Source: an uncultured delta proteobacterium
GTDB taxonomy: Bacteria; Myxococcota_A; Polyangia; Polyangiales; Houyiibacteriaceae
Direction of reading: 5' to 3'
DNA: 64,000 nucleotides
Assembly (NCBI GenBank): GCA_963699755.1
Contig: CAVOVB010000002.1
Location: forward strand, 640,001 to 704,000
Shown here: positions 29,524 through 38,564 of the stretch, one piece after another
Layout of the letters: every line of letters starts with the position of its first letter
How positions within the stretch are numbered: position 1 is the first letter of the stretch
Made by a program: the position numbers and the translations under genes
Notes under the pieces: generated by a model
Told to the model about the DNA's origin: nothing
Databases searched by the model: none
The model's input: only the letters and a program-made list of their open reading frames with translations

Positions 29524-30009
29524 ATGAAGAAAACCACGCTTGCATTGCTCGTCCTCGCGATGGCCTCGATGTCAGCCTGCAAGAAGAAAGAAGCCACGCC
29601 GGAACCGCCCGCCCCCGCTGCCGAAAAGGCACCTGCGCCCGAACCCGAGGCGGCAGAGCCAGCCGAGCCAGCCGGACCCGCGATCCCCGAGGTCGCGCTC
29701 ACGGGCAGTGCATCGGAAAACCTGGTTGCTGTTTTCGAGGCAGGGGTCAACGCCCTCAAAGGCGCCGGCGATGCGGCAACGGGCGCCGCCATCCTGACCG
29801 GTATCCTCGAGAAATACGACGTTGCTGATCTTCGCGCGAAGTCCAAGGCCGCTAAGGCAGCGGGAGAAGGCGCCTCGGACGCCACGAAAGCGAAATTCAA
29901 GGCGCTGAAGGCGGAGTACGCCGAAGTGTCGACGAAGCTTGGGGCAAGCGATCCCAAAGCGTTTGGAGAGGCCGCAAAGGCCTGGGCCGCGGCCTGGGGC
30001 CTGAACTAG
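29524..30009 (+). CDS. Hypothetical Ala/Pro-rich lipoprotein
   Basis: GGGGAG RBS then ATG 29524; MKKTTLALLVLAMASMSAC lipobox (3' part of the 28681..30009 ORF). Confidence 0.8.
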   Translation: MKKTTLALLVLAMASMSACKKKEATPEPPAPAAEKAPAPEPEAAEPAEPAGPAIPEVALTGSASENLVAVFEAGVNALKGAGDAATGAAILTGILEKYDVADLRAKSKAAKAAGEGASDATKAKFKALKAEYAEVSTKLGASDPKAFGEAAKAWAAAWGLN

Positions 30010-30015
30010 GAGTGA

Positions 30016-30285
30016 ATGATGGCATCAGATGACAAGATCGCAGCATTGCAAGAAGCGCTCGACATTTGCGGGTACGAGCCCGGGAAGCACGACGGCATGA
30101 TGGGCAAGCGAACGCGGAATGCGATTCGCGACTTCCAGAAAGACGCCGGCATCGATGTCGACGGCGACGTCGGTCCGCAAACCCGGGGCGCGCTCGCACA
30201 GAAGCTCGGTGAAGTCTCGGTTCGCGCGCAACACCTCGCGGGCTTTTTTCAGGGCGGCGGCCAGAGCGTCGAAGACGAGCTCTAA
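30016..30285 (+). CDS. Small peptidoglycan-binding (PG_binding_1) domain protein
   Basis: LQEAL..GY..G..DG..G..T..AIRDFQ..GIDVDGDVGPQT; AGGAG RBS. Confidence 0.85.
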   Translation: MMASDDKIAALQEALDICGYEPGKHDGMMGKRTRNAIRDFQKDAGIDVDGDVGPQTRGALAQKLGEVSVRAQHLAGFFQGGGQSVEDEL

Positions 30286-30312
30286 GCCAAAACCGAGACC
30301 GGAGAGGCTCCT

Positions 30313-31161
30313 TTGCGCTGGAAAGGCAGAAAGCAGAGCACGCACGTCGAGGATCGCCGAGGCGTGCGCGCCGGGCCGAAGCTTGCTGGCGGAGGAATCG
30401 GGCTCCTGGTCTTGGTCGGCGTCGGGTTGTTCTTGGGTGTCGACCCGAGCGCGCTGATGCAAATCGTTCAGACTCAGCAGAGCGCTCCGGCACCATCCGC
30501 TCAAAGAACTGCGCTCGAAGACGAGCAGGCGCAGTTCGTCGCCACCGTCCTCGCGGACACCGAGGACACCTGGAACGAGGTGTTTGAAGAGGCTGGTCGC
30601 GACTACCGCGAGCCGAGCCTAGTGCTGTTCAGCGGTTCGGTTCGCTCAGCCTGCGGCTTTGCGCAAGCTGCGATGGGGCCGTTCTATTGCCCCGCCGACC
30701 AGAAGGTCTACATCGACCTGAGCTTCTACTCCGACCTGCAGAATCGCTTTCGGGCGCCGGGTGACTTCGCCCAAGCCTACGTGATCGCACACGAGGTTGG
30801 GCATCATGTGCAAACGCTCCTCGGCATCTCGGAGCAAGTAGAGCGGGAACAGGCACAGCTCAGCAGAGTGGAAGCCAATCAGCTCTCGGTCCGCCAAGAG
30901 CTCCAAGCGGATTGTTTGGCAGGCATTTGGGCGCACCACGCAGACCGGACTCGCGCCTTGCTCGAGCAAGGTGACATCGAAGAAGGTCTGAATGCGGCAA
31001 GCGCCATTGGAGATGATCGCTTGCAGAAACAGTCCCAGGGCTACGTCACGCCGGAGTCGTTCACGCACGGAAGCTCCGCGCAGCGTGTGAACTGGTTCAA
31101 GCGCGGATATGGCAGCGGCGATGTGAACGCCTGCGATACGTTTGGCGAGTCCGGGCTCTGA
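30313..31161 (+). CDS. Neutral zinc metallopeptidase (YpfJ-like)
   Basis: VEDRRG, GPFYCPAD, YVIAHEVGHHVQ, ELQADC, FTHGSSAQR. Confidence 0.92.
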   Translation: MRWKGRKQSTHVEDRRGVRAGPKLAGGGIGLLVLVGVGLFLGVDPSALMQIVQTQQSAPAPSAQRTALEDEQAQFVATVLADTEDTWNEVFEEAGRDYREPSLVLFSGSVRSACGFAQAAMGPFYCPADQKVYIDLSFYSDLQNRFRAPGDFAQAYVIAHEVGHHVQTLLGISEQVEREQAQLSRVEANQLSVRQELQADCLAGIWAHHADRTRALLEQGDIEEGLNAASAIGDDRLQKQSQGYVTPESFTHGSSAQRVNWFKRGYGSGDVNACDTFGESGL

Positions 31162-31181
31162 CACCGATCATACGCTCGGAA

Positions 31182-31799
31182 ATGGTCGACCTCCTCAGAA
31201 CCGGCCCTCCCTCGTCCCCTCGTCTTCTGCTCGCTCACGGGGCCGGTGGGCCGATGGACTCTCCGTTCATGGATGCGATCAGCCACGCGATCGCGGGGGC
31301 CCGCATCGAAGTCATCCGATTCGAGTTCGAATACATGGCCAAGCGGCGCAAGGATGGAAGGCGACGTGGACCCGATCGCGCAGCTACGCTCATCGTCCGC
31401 TTCAAAGAAGTGCTCAACCTCGTGGGACCGTCGGCGGAAGTCGCGATCGGAGGCAAGTCGCTGGGCGGGCGGATCGCCTCGATGATCGCGGACGAGGTCG
31501 GCGCGGCAGGGGTCGTCTGCCTAGGCTATCCATTTCATGCACCGGGCAAACCCGAACAGCTTCGCACCGACCACCTCGAGGCCTTGAAGACCCCGACTCT
31601 GATCGTCCAAGGCACGCGCGATCGGTTCGGCACTGAAGAAGAAGTCGCGACCTACTCGCTCTCACCTGCGATCGAGCTCGCCTGGATTGAAGACGGCGAC
31701 CATTCATTGAAGCCGCGAAAGAAGAGCGGCATCACCCTGGCGCAGAACCTCGACGCAGCCGCCGACGCTCTTGTCAGCTTCGTTCGGCGCCACGGGTGA
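31182..31799 (+). CDS. Alpha/beta hydrolase (KANL3/Tex30-like)
   Basis: LAHGAG, GGKSLGGR, LGYPFH, QGTRD, GDHS. Confidence 0.9.
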   Translation: MVDLLRTGPPSSPRLLLAHGAGGPMDSPFMDAISHAIAGARIEVIRFEFEYMAKRRKDGRRRGPDRAATLIVRFKEVLNLVGPSAEVAIGGKSLGGRIASMIADEVGAAGVVCLGYPFHAPGKPEQLRTDHLEALKTPTLIVQGTRDRFGTEEEVATYSLSPAIELAWIEDGDHSLKPRKKSGITLAQNLDAAADALVSFVRRHG

Positions 31800-32577
31800 G
31801 CTGAACGATGTCTTCGAAGCTCGTCTTGGACGGCAGGCCGTCGGAAAACCAATACTGCTCGACATGCCCCGGGCTCACAGCGGCAATAATCGAGGATACT
31901 GTGCCGTAGACGGGGGTCTTGACACAGATCGCTTGTAGGTAACGGGCCACTTCCTGGTCGAAGGGCGCGCCTGGGGGGACCGGCGGAACTTCCGAAGGGT
32001 CTGGAAGTGATTCGTCCGAAAGGACCTCCACGAGCAGCGACTGCATCTGCGGCCAACTGTCTGGATCAAGCGTCATGACTCGCGCTCGCGCCTTGTCGGC
32101 TTTGGGGAACTCTGGCGATCCGAGGCGGTCGTTGCAGAGCACGTGTACGCCACCGGCCAGGGTCTCGATCTCGACTTCTCGCGCGTCCCTCCGTGAATAC
32201 GCAGCGCGTAGTTGCTCGCCGTCGCCGAAGATCAGATTGAACTCGTTGTAAGTCGCGGGGTCGACCCGCCGAAGGTGCCGCTCGATCCCGAGGAGCGACC
32301 CCTGCGTCAGCGCGTCGATGACCAGGCCTCCCCGAGAGCGAAGAGAGTCGTCCCGCGTACCGAAGCTTCGCTGATTGGTGAGTCCGACGAAGAGCCCCGT
32401 CGACGTGAGGCCGAACCAGGTTCCCCCTTCCCGCTCGTCGCGACCTCCCACGATGAGCGGCTCTGCACGCAAGACCCCTGGACCCGACGCCGGGCGGTCG
32501 TAGAACTCATCTCGGTTCGACGCGATGATCGTCGAGCAGAAGTCGTCCATCTGGTGGCGAACGATGATCGTGCACAT
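31774..32577 (-). CDS. NRDE/TANGO2 family protein
   Basis: MCT N-terminus, SNRDEF, GGTW, LTN, SRG, YGT. Confidence 0.92.
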   Translation of the reverse strand: MCTIIVRHQMDDFCSTIIASNRDEFYDRPASGPGVLRAEPLIVGGRDEREGGTWFGLTSTGLFVGLTNQRSFGTRDDSLRSRGGLVIDALTQGSLLGIERHLRRVDPATYNEFNLIFGDGEQLRAAYSRRDAREVEIETLAGGVHVLCNDRLGSPEFPKADKARARVMTLDPDSWPQMQSLLVEVLSDESLPDPSEVPPVPPGAPFDQEVARYLQAICVKTPVYGTVSSIIAAVSPGHVEQYWFSDGLPSKTSFEDIVQLTRGAERS

Positions 32578-32580
32578 CGC

Positions 32581-33435
32581 TCAGCCCGTTCTCTTCGCGA
32601 TCGCCAGGCGCTCCGCGAGGAAGCTTCGTGAAGGCTTCGCGACCGATCCAGTGAAATCCCCCCAGCCTCGCGCGTCTTCGTCGAAGGAGATCTCCCAATC
32701 TGGCCCGATGGCATATGCCAACTCATGAGGCTCGAGGGTTCCCTTGAGTCGCTCGCCGGCGGCCGCGAAGACAGCAGGAATCACGACGCGACCCAACGAC
32801 CCATACGGAAGCATACCCGGCACGCGATACGTCATCGCTAGCTGACTCCCTGCGGCTGCGAGCGCGGTTAGCTGCCCGAGCGTTTCGCGAATCGTGGTTT
32901 GCGGGAGGTACATCGCGACGCCTTCCCAGATCCACGCACTTGGCCTGCCAGAGCGAAACCCCTCTCGTTTGAGTGCGTCGGAGAATTGCTCTTTCTCGAA
33001 ATCGACTGGCACGTAGCGAATCTCAGCGGGCGCGATCTTGTCCAACAGCCGCTTTCGCTTGTACTGCTGCGTTGCCGGGTGGTCCACCTCGAAGACGGTG
33101 ACGTCCTTCAGTGATTCGAGTCGCCAGGCGCGAGCGTCGAGCCCTGCACCGAGAATCACGAGCTGGTCGATGCCGGCCCGCAGGGCCGAAGCCAGATGGG
33201 CGTCGATCGCCTTGGTCCTCAGCACCACGTGATCGACGAGGCCGAATGTCGTCACGCGGACGGCATTTCGGTACAGAGCCGCTACGCCCCCTAAGCGGCG
33301 CGGGGCCGCCGCAAGTCCTGCGAGCAAAGGTGGCAAGAGCTCGACGGCGAGCGGATCGATCTCCTGCTCGTCGACACCTAGGGCGCGCACGAAAGAAACC
33401 AAGAGCGAAGTCCCACTCGGCAGGCCAGGTCGCAT
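32581..33435 (-). CDS. SAM-dependent methyltransferase (LCM-like)
   Basis: RTKAID, QLVILGAGLDARAWRL, FEVDHP, WEGVAMYL. Confidence 0.92.
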   Translation of the reverse strand: MRPGLPSGTSLLVSFVRALGVDEQEIDPLAVELLPPLLAGLAAAPRRLGGVAALYRNAVRVTTFGLVDHVVLRTKAIDAHLASALRAGIDQLVILGAGLDARAWRLESLKDVTVFEVDHPATQQYKRKRLLDKIAPAEIRYVPVDFEKEQFSDALKREGFRSGRPSAWIWEGVAMYLPQTTIRETLGQLTALAAAGSQLAMTYRVPGMLPYGSLGRVVIPAVFAAAGERLKGTLEPHELAYAIGPDWEISFDEDARGWGDFTGSVAKPSRSFLAERLAIAKRTG

Positions 33436-33438
33436 CGT

Positions 33439-34242
33439 TCAATCCCAGGCCGCAACGAGCGCGTTGCCGCTGCCCTCTGCGAGACCTCGAACACTCGTGG
33501 CATCGGCCGCAGTTCCGCGCTCTGTTTCCAAGCTGTGCTTCAACACGACCGAATCGATGCCGATCCGGCCAATCCGCTTCGTCCGAACCGCGACACGGTC
33601 GCCGGGCAAGACCGCACTTCGAAAGATCACCTGCTCGGCGATCGGCCGGAGCAGCACGGGGTCGAGGCCCTTGGCAAGCATCCGGCGGCTCGTCGCTTCG
33701 TCGCACCAATCGATATAGGCGGGATGATTCGCATGTGCGAGAGGGTCGGACCAAGTCTGCCACATCTCGAATCCGAACTCGTCTTCAGCACCTGGTAGCT
33801 CCTCGAACGATGGCATCGCGATCGACGGTTCGATGTCGGCTTCGGGGAATGCTGCCGCTGCTTCGAGCGAGCCCTGCCTTGGCTTGAGCGTTTCGAAATC
33901 CACGTGGACCCACTCCTGGGTCGCCGCCGCGATTGGCTGCCCGTCGCTTCGAACCCGCACCTCACGCGTGCAAAGCGTGCGTCGACGCAGTCGCGACACC
34001 CAGGTCTGCGTTTCGAGCATCCTGCCGTAAGCCGTTTCGGCCTGGTGCAGAAGCGTCATCTTGTAAACGATGAAAGCGACGTTCTCGATGCGAAACCGCG
34101 AAGGCGGCCAGCCAGCGCGGATCGAGGCCAAGGTCGCAACGTCCTGACACAATCGCCAGATGTCTCCCGCCCGCGCAGTCTCACGCGCCGTGAAAGCGTT
34201 GCGAGGCAAGGTCAGGGGGAATTCCCAAACCTGGTTGGTCAC
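33439..34242 (-). CDS. Acyl-ACP/acyl-CoA thioesterase, double hotdog fold
   Basis: DPLAHANHPAYIDW motif; CQDVA, TWV, QEWV. GTG 34242 chosen to avoid overlap with sseA. Confidence 0.75.
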   Translation of the reverse strand: MTNQVWEFPLTLPRNAFTARETARAGDIWRLCQDVATLASIRAGWPPSRFRIENVAFIVYKMTLLHQAETAYGRMLETQTWVSRLRRRTLCTREVRVRSDGQPIAAATQEWVHVDFETLKPRQGSLEAAAAFPEADIEPSIAMPSFEELPGAEDEFGFEMWQTWSDPLAHANHPAYIDWCDEATSRRMLAKGLDPVLLRPIAEQVIFRSAVLPGDRVAVRTKRIGRIGIDSVVLKHSLETERGTAADATSVRGLAEGSGNALVAAWD

Positions 34243-34285
34243 GGGCAGCAAATAGCATCTCCGCAGCGTTGTGCGACCGTTCAGC

Positions 34286-35119
34286 TTACGCAGGTGCGCG
34301 GGGACGATCTTGCCGACACCACTCGCTCCAGGACCCGAGGTAGAGCTTGGCACCGCCAAGGCCGCAGGCATCCATGGCCAAGAGGAGGTGACAAGCCGTG
34401 ACACCGGAACCGCAGTAGCAAACGACTCGCTCGGCGGGAGTGTCGCCGAGGATCTCGGTGTATCGTTTCGCGATGGTCGCCAATGACCGGAATCGCCCGC
34501 GGTCATCGAGCTGCGACTTCCAGTAAAGGTTGTGCGCCCCCGGGATGTGTCCCGCTAGAGGATCGAGCGGCTCCGTGATACCCGCATAGCGCTCGGGCGC
34601 CCGTGCATCGATCAGACGCCAAGTGGGATCGAGACGAATGCGCTCCACGAAGCTCGCGTCGACCGTCGGCCAGCGGTCGAGCGCGCTCGGATAAGGGCCG
34701 ACCGAGTCGCTGATCCTGGCCCCCGTTTCGACGGGAGCGCCCGCCGCGCGCAGGGCTTGCCAACCACCGTCGACCACTGCAAGCGATCGATGACCAATCT
34801 CGCGGAGCATCCACCAGGCGCGGGCCGCCGCCATCCCTCCACCCGCATCGTCGTAGATCACGACCTTGCGTCTGGGCGTCACCCCCCAAGCGCCGAGGCG
34901 TTCGCGCCAGTGCTGCAAAGAAGGCAGGGGGTGCCGCCCGCCGTTTCTTGGGTCCCCGAGGTTCGAGAGATCGGAGTCGACGTCGACCCGCACCGCGTGC
35001 TGCAGATGTGCTGTCTCGTAGGCCTGGGCTGCGCCGGGACCGACCCGGACGTCAAGAAAAACACTCTGGTCGAGATCGGAAAGCGCCACTTCGGCTTGGA
35101 CGACGGGGTTCGAGGTCAT
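34286..35119 (-). CDS. sseA: 3-mercaptopyruvate/thiosulfate sulfurtransferase
   Basis: GRHPLP, ARAWW, DGGW, IDAR, GHIPGA, YCGSGVTA, YLGSWSEW. Confidence 0.92.
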   Translation of the reverse strand: MTSNPVVQAEVALSDLDQSVFLDVRVGPGAAQAYETAHLQHAVRVDVDSDLSNLGDPRNGGRHPLPSLQHWRERLGAWGVTPRRKVVIYDDAGGGMAAARAWWMLREIGHRSLAVVDGGWQALRAAGAPVETGARISDSVGPYPSALDRWPTVDASFVERIRLDPTWRLIDARAPERYAGITEPLDPLAGHIPGAHNLYWKSQLDDRGRFRSLATIAKRYTEILGDTPAERVVCYCGSGVTACHLLLAMDACGLGGAKLYLGSWSEWCRQDRPRAPA

Positions 35120-35140
35120 TGGGGTCTCTCACTCTAACCC

Positions 35141-35178
35141 ACAGTGTGAGTAAAGTGTCTAGTCACACTTGACACTGT
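35141..35178. promoter_or_regulatory. Nested inverted repeat (candidate operator) in a divergent promoter region
   Basis: ACAGTGT..AAGTGT-ctagtc-ACACTT..ACACTGT; includes TTGACA at 35169-35174. Confidence 0.55.
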
Positions 35179-35203
35179 TGCAAGACTTGGGCACTCTCGG
35201 TGA

Positions 35204-36619
35204 ATGGAGGAGAGAAACCGCCGCCGGCACTCCGGGCGATTCGAGGCAGCCGCATCGCTCGCCGCACGGGTCTTGCCCAGGCCGCTCAAGCCTTGGGCCG
35301 AGCAGGCGCGGCTGGACGCGCAGATGATCATCGACCGAGCGAGTGGGAGAACCGCGGCGCCGCTGATCGCTCAGCAGGATGCGCCCGTTCCGCTCAGCGA
35401 GGTCGATCCCCTGAACCTGCTTCCTCGCCGCCTCGCGGACCGCGTTCGCACCGCGCAGCGAGACGTGCGGATGCTTCGCGACCGACTAATTCTAGGAAAG
35501 ACCCCATCTCCCTTGATAGAGCGGCCGCGACCGGCGGTTGGCTCTGTGGTGTCGCTACCCCGCAAGACACCGAACATGGCAAGGCAGGTCAAGGTCGTGA
35601 GAGTCGTTCGCGAAACCAACGACGCCGTGTCGATCTATCTCGCCGAGGCGGACGGTTCGGCCCTGGCGTTCAAGCCAGGCCAGTTCCTCAGTGTGGACGT
35701 CGAGGTCGATGGAGAGCGCCTACGACGCGCCTACTCATTGGCCAGCGCATGTCTCCCAGACGTACCAGTCCACATCACCGTGAAGCGAATCGAAAACGGT
35801 CGCGTCAGCAACCAACTCAATGATACGATCCGCGAGGGCGACGAGCTCGCCGTGCTCGGTCCTTCGGGCAACTTCACCGTCGAGCCGCGTCCGCTCAACC
35901 AACGGCGCTTGGTCATGGTGGCCGGTGGGAGCGGGATCACGCCCATCATGAGCATTTTGGAAACCGTCCTGCGCGTCGAGAACGGCAGCCGTGTAACGCT
36001 GATCTACGGCAATCGAGGCTGGGATGATGTGATCTTTCGGGACCGTCTGGAGGCGCTTCGCCAGGAATTTCGCGAGCGATTGGTCGTCGATCACGTCCTC
36101 GAGAAGCCACCGCAGTGGTGGACCGGAGAACGCGGTCTGCTCGACGCAGAGATCCTCGAATCGCGTTTGCAGGCCCTAGGCGTGCAAGATGACGGCCTAG
36201 TCCGATACTTCCTCTGTGGACCGACGCCCATGATGGAAGCTGCACACGCTGTGCTCGAGCGGCGAGGAGTCGAAGGGACTCGCGTCGCCGAAGAGCGCTT
36301 CACGAGCCCCGAGGCTCGCTCCGGCAAGGCAGGGAGCCACAAGACTGAGCTCGTCGTCGTCTCCAGGGCCGGTCACGATCACGGCATCCAAGTCGAGCCC
36401 GGCCAAACCATTCTCGAGGCTGCGCTCGCTGCCGGGATCGGCATGCCATTCTCCTGCGCCATGGGTGGCTGCGGCGCTTGCCGCGTCCGCCGTGCCGAAG
36501 GCGAAGTCGAGATGGAAGAGCCGAACTGCCTCAGTCAGGCGGAACGAGAGCAAGGCTATGTGCTGACCTGCGTCGGCCGTCCGCTCACTCAGAGCAGGAT
36601 CGAAGTGGAGGAACTGTGA
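35204..36619 (+). CDS. FAD/NAD-binding [2Fe-2S] oxidoreductase (PaaE/KshB-type) with N-terminal extension
   Basis: FKPGQF, RRAYSL, GRVSN, GPSGNF, AGGSGITP, FLCGP, SCAMGGCGAC..LTC. Confidence 0.92.
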   Translation: MEERNRRRHSGRFEAAASLAARVLPRPLKPWAEQARLDAQMIIDRASGRTAAPLIAQQDAPVPLSEVDPLNLLPRRLADRVRTAQRDVRMLRDRLILGKTPSPLIERPRPAVGSVVSLPRKTPNMARQVKVVRVVRETNDAVSIYLAEADGSALAFKPGQFLSVDVEVDGERLRRAYSLASACLPDVPVHITVKRIENGRVSNQLNDTIREGDELAVLGPSGNFTVEPRPLNQRRLVMVAGGSGITPIMSILETVLRVENGSRVTLIYGNRGWDDVIFRDRLEALRQEFRERLVVDHVLEKPPQWWTGERGLLDAEILESRLQALGVQDDGLVRYFLCGPTPMMEAAHAVLERRGVEGTRVAEERFTSPEARSGKAGSHKTELVVVSRAGHDHGIQVEPGQTILEAALAAGIGMPFSCAMGGCGACRVRRAEGEVEMEEPNCLSQAEREQGYVLTCVGRPLTQSRIEVEEL

Positions 36620-37359
36620 GCTCTACCTCCGAAGCGTTCGACCTCGACGAAGCTCGCTGGTACCTTCGCATGAAGGATCTCTGCGAGGATACGGGCCTGC
36701 CGCGCCAAGCAATCCACTTTTACATCCAACAGGGGCTGCTGCCGCCCGGCCGAAAGACCGGGCGCAACATGGCCTGGTATACCGACGAGCACCTGGAGCG
36801 TCTTCACCTGATCAAGAAGCTCCAGCACGAGCGCTTCCTTCCCTTGAAGGCGATCAAAGCGCTGTTTGATGGCGAAGACGGGGTGTTCTCGCCGCGCCAG
36901 CACGCGTTTCTCGCCGGTGTCAAAGAACGCCTCGCCGAGTCGCTCAAGACCAGCGAGGACAGGAGCCCCACCCTCACGCCCCGAGAGATCGAGCGAGAAA
37001 CCGGCGTCGAAGCGGAGGATGTCGAGCGAGCCTTCGAGCTCGGCCTGGTGGGTGGTGCTCGTTCGAACGGCTCGCTTCGAATCGCCGCCGCAGACGTCTG
37101 GGTGTTCGAAGTGTTCGGGAAGATCCGCGCGATGGGCTTCACGCCAGATCTCGGCTTTCGAGTCGAGGATATAGCCCTCTACCAGGATGCCATCACCAAC
37201 CTTCTCAACGAGGAGGTCCGTTTGATTGCTTCGCGGCTTTCGGAGCTCCCTCCTGAGAAGGTCGCCCTGATGATTGAAGAGGTCGTCCCCATCCTCGATC
37301 GCTACATCATGCGCCTACATTCAACCAAGATTCGGGAATTTTTCGCCAACGTGCTCTAA
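36616..37359 (+). CDS. MerR-family transcriptional regulator
   Basis: MKDLCEDTGLPRQAIHFYIQQGLLPP..WYTDEHLERL..PLKAIK; GTGA overlap with the reductase stop. Confidence 0.88.
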   Translation: MSSTSEAFDLDEARWYLRMKDLCEDTGLPRQAIHFYIQQGLLPPGRKTGRNMAWYTDEHLERLHLIKKLQHERFLPLKAIKALFDGEDGVFSPRQHAFLAGVKERLAESLKTSEDRSPTLTPREIERETGVEAEDVERAFELGLVGGARSNGSLRIAAADVWVFEVFGKIRAMGFTPDLGFRVEDIALYQDAITNLLNEEVRLIASRLSELPPEKVALMIEEVVPILDRYIMRLHSTKIREFFANVL

Positions 37360-37373
37360 GGAAGGAACTGACC

Positions 37374-38555
37374 ATGCTCAGTGACAAAGTCCTCGAAAAC
37401 CTGCCCCAGGAGATCCGCCGCCGCCTCGAGCCTTACGTCGAAGCGGTTCAACTCATGACGGCCACAAACAATGCCAAGGTGTTGAAATCGATGGCGCCGT
37501 CCGGCTTGCGCGGTTTGATCCTCCAACGTGGCAAACAGGGCGTGCCGACGAAGATGCCTTCCCACCACGAGGTCTACTTCGACTGGACGTATCCAAACGA
37601 CCAACCGGAGATGCGCGAGCTCTACACCAGAGCCAAAGAGCAGCAGTGGAACGGCGAAGACCTTCCCTGGCACATCGACGTCGACCCGGAGAACCCCGAG
37701 AAGCCGATCATTCCGCGCCAGTTCATGGACTTCGAAGCCCTGCGCAGCAGCGGTATCCGGCTCACCGACTTGGAAGAGCGACGCCTGAATTCGAGCGTCG
37801 CCTCCTGGATGCTCAGTCAATTCTTGCACGGTGAGCAGGGTGCGCTCTTCGCGGCCGCCCAGGTGACCGAAGCGGTGCAGTTCTTCGACGGAAAGCTCTA
37901 CGGCGCTACGCAGGTCGTCGATGAGGGCCGCCACGTCGAGGTGTTCCATCGCTACCTCGACACCAAGATGAACAAGCTCTACCAGATCAACGACAACCTC
38001 TTCGTCATCATCGACGCCCTCATTCAGGACTCGCGCTGGGACGTGAAGTTCTTGGGTATGCAGATCATGGTCGAGGGCCTGGCGCTCGGTGCCTTTGGCA
38101 CGATGTACCAAATGACCAACGAGCCGATGCTCAAACAGCTTCTGAAGATGGTCATTCAGGACGAGGCCCGGCACGTTCACTACGGCGTGCTCGCCCTTCG
38201 CGACCATTTCCGACAAGAGCTCAGCGACAGCGAGCGCCGTGAGCGCGAGGACTGGGCCTTCGAAGTCGCGATTCTGATGCGCAACCGCTTCCTCTCGTTC
38301 GAAGTCTACGAGGAGTGGTTCGAGCACAAGCTGACGCGCAAGGAGTGGGCCCGGTTCGTGACCGATTCGCCCGGCTTCTCGATTTTCCGCCAGGTCATGT
38401 TCAAGCGTCTGGTCCCCAACCTTCGAGAGATCGGACTTCTAAGCGAGCGGATCAAGCCGCACTACGAGCGCGCCGGGCTGATGAAGTACGCAGACGGCGC
38501 TTCTGCAACCCAGTTGAGCGGCGACCAGATGATCGCCGAGCTCGACGCTGCCTGA
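37374..38555 (+). CDS. Ferritin-like diiron oxygenase-family protein
   Basis: Diiron ligand pattern E(HGEQG)..DEGRH..E(MVEG)..DEARH. Confidence 0.85.
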   Translation: MLSDKVLENLPQEIRRRLEPYVEAVQLMTATNNAKVLKSMAPSGLRGLILQRGKQGVPTKMPSHHEVYFDWTYPNDQPEMRELYTRAKEQQWNGEDLPWHIDVDPENPEKPIIPRQFMDFEALRSSGIRLTDLEERRLNSSVASWMLSQFLHGEQGALFAAAQVTEAVQFFDGKLYGATQVVDEGRHVEVFHRYLDTKMNKLYQINDNLFVIIDALIQDSRWDVKFLGMQIMVEGLALGAFGTMYQMTNEPMLKQLLKMVIQDEARHVHYGVLALRDHFRQELSDSERREREDWAFEVAILMRNRFLSFEVYEEWFEHKLTRKEWARFVTDSPGFSIFRQVMFKRLVPNLREIGLLSERIKPHYERAGLMKYADGASATQLSGDQMIAELDAA

Positions 38556-38564
38556 GCCCCGCAT

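Noticed and set aside
28681..30009. 442-aa ORF as a single protein
   Set aside because: The 5' part overlaps the Kazal gene in another frame; an RBS and lipoprotein signal mark the real start at 29524.
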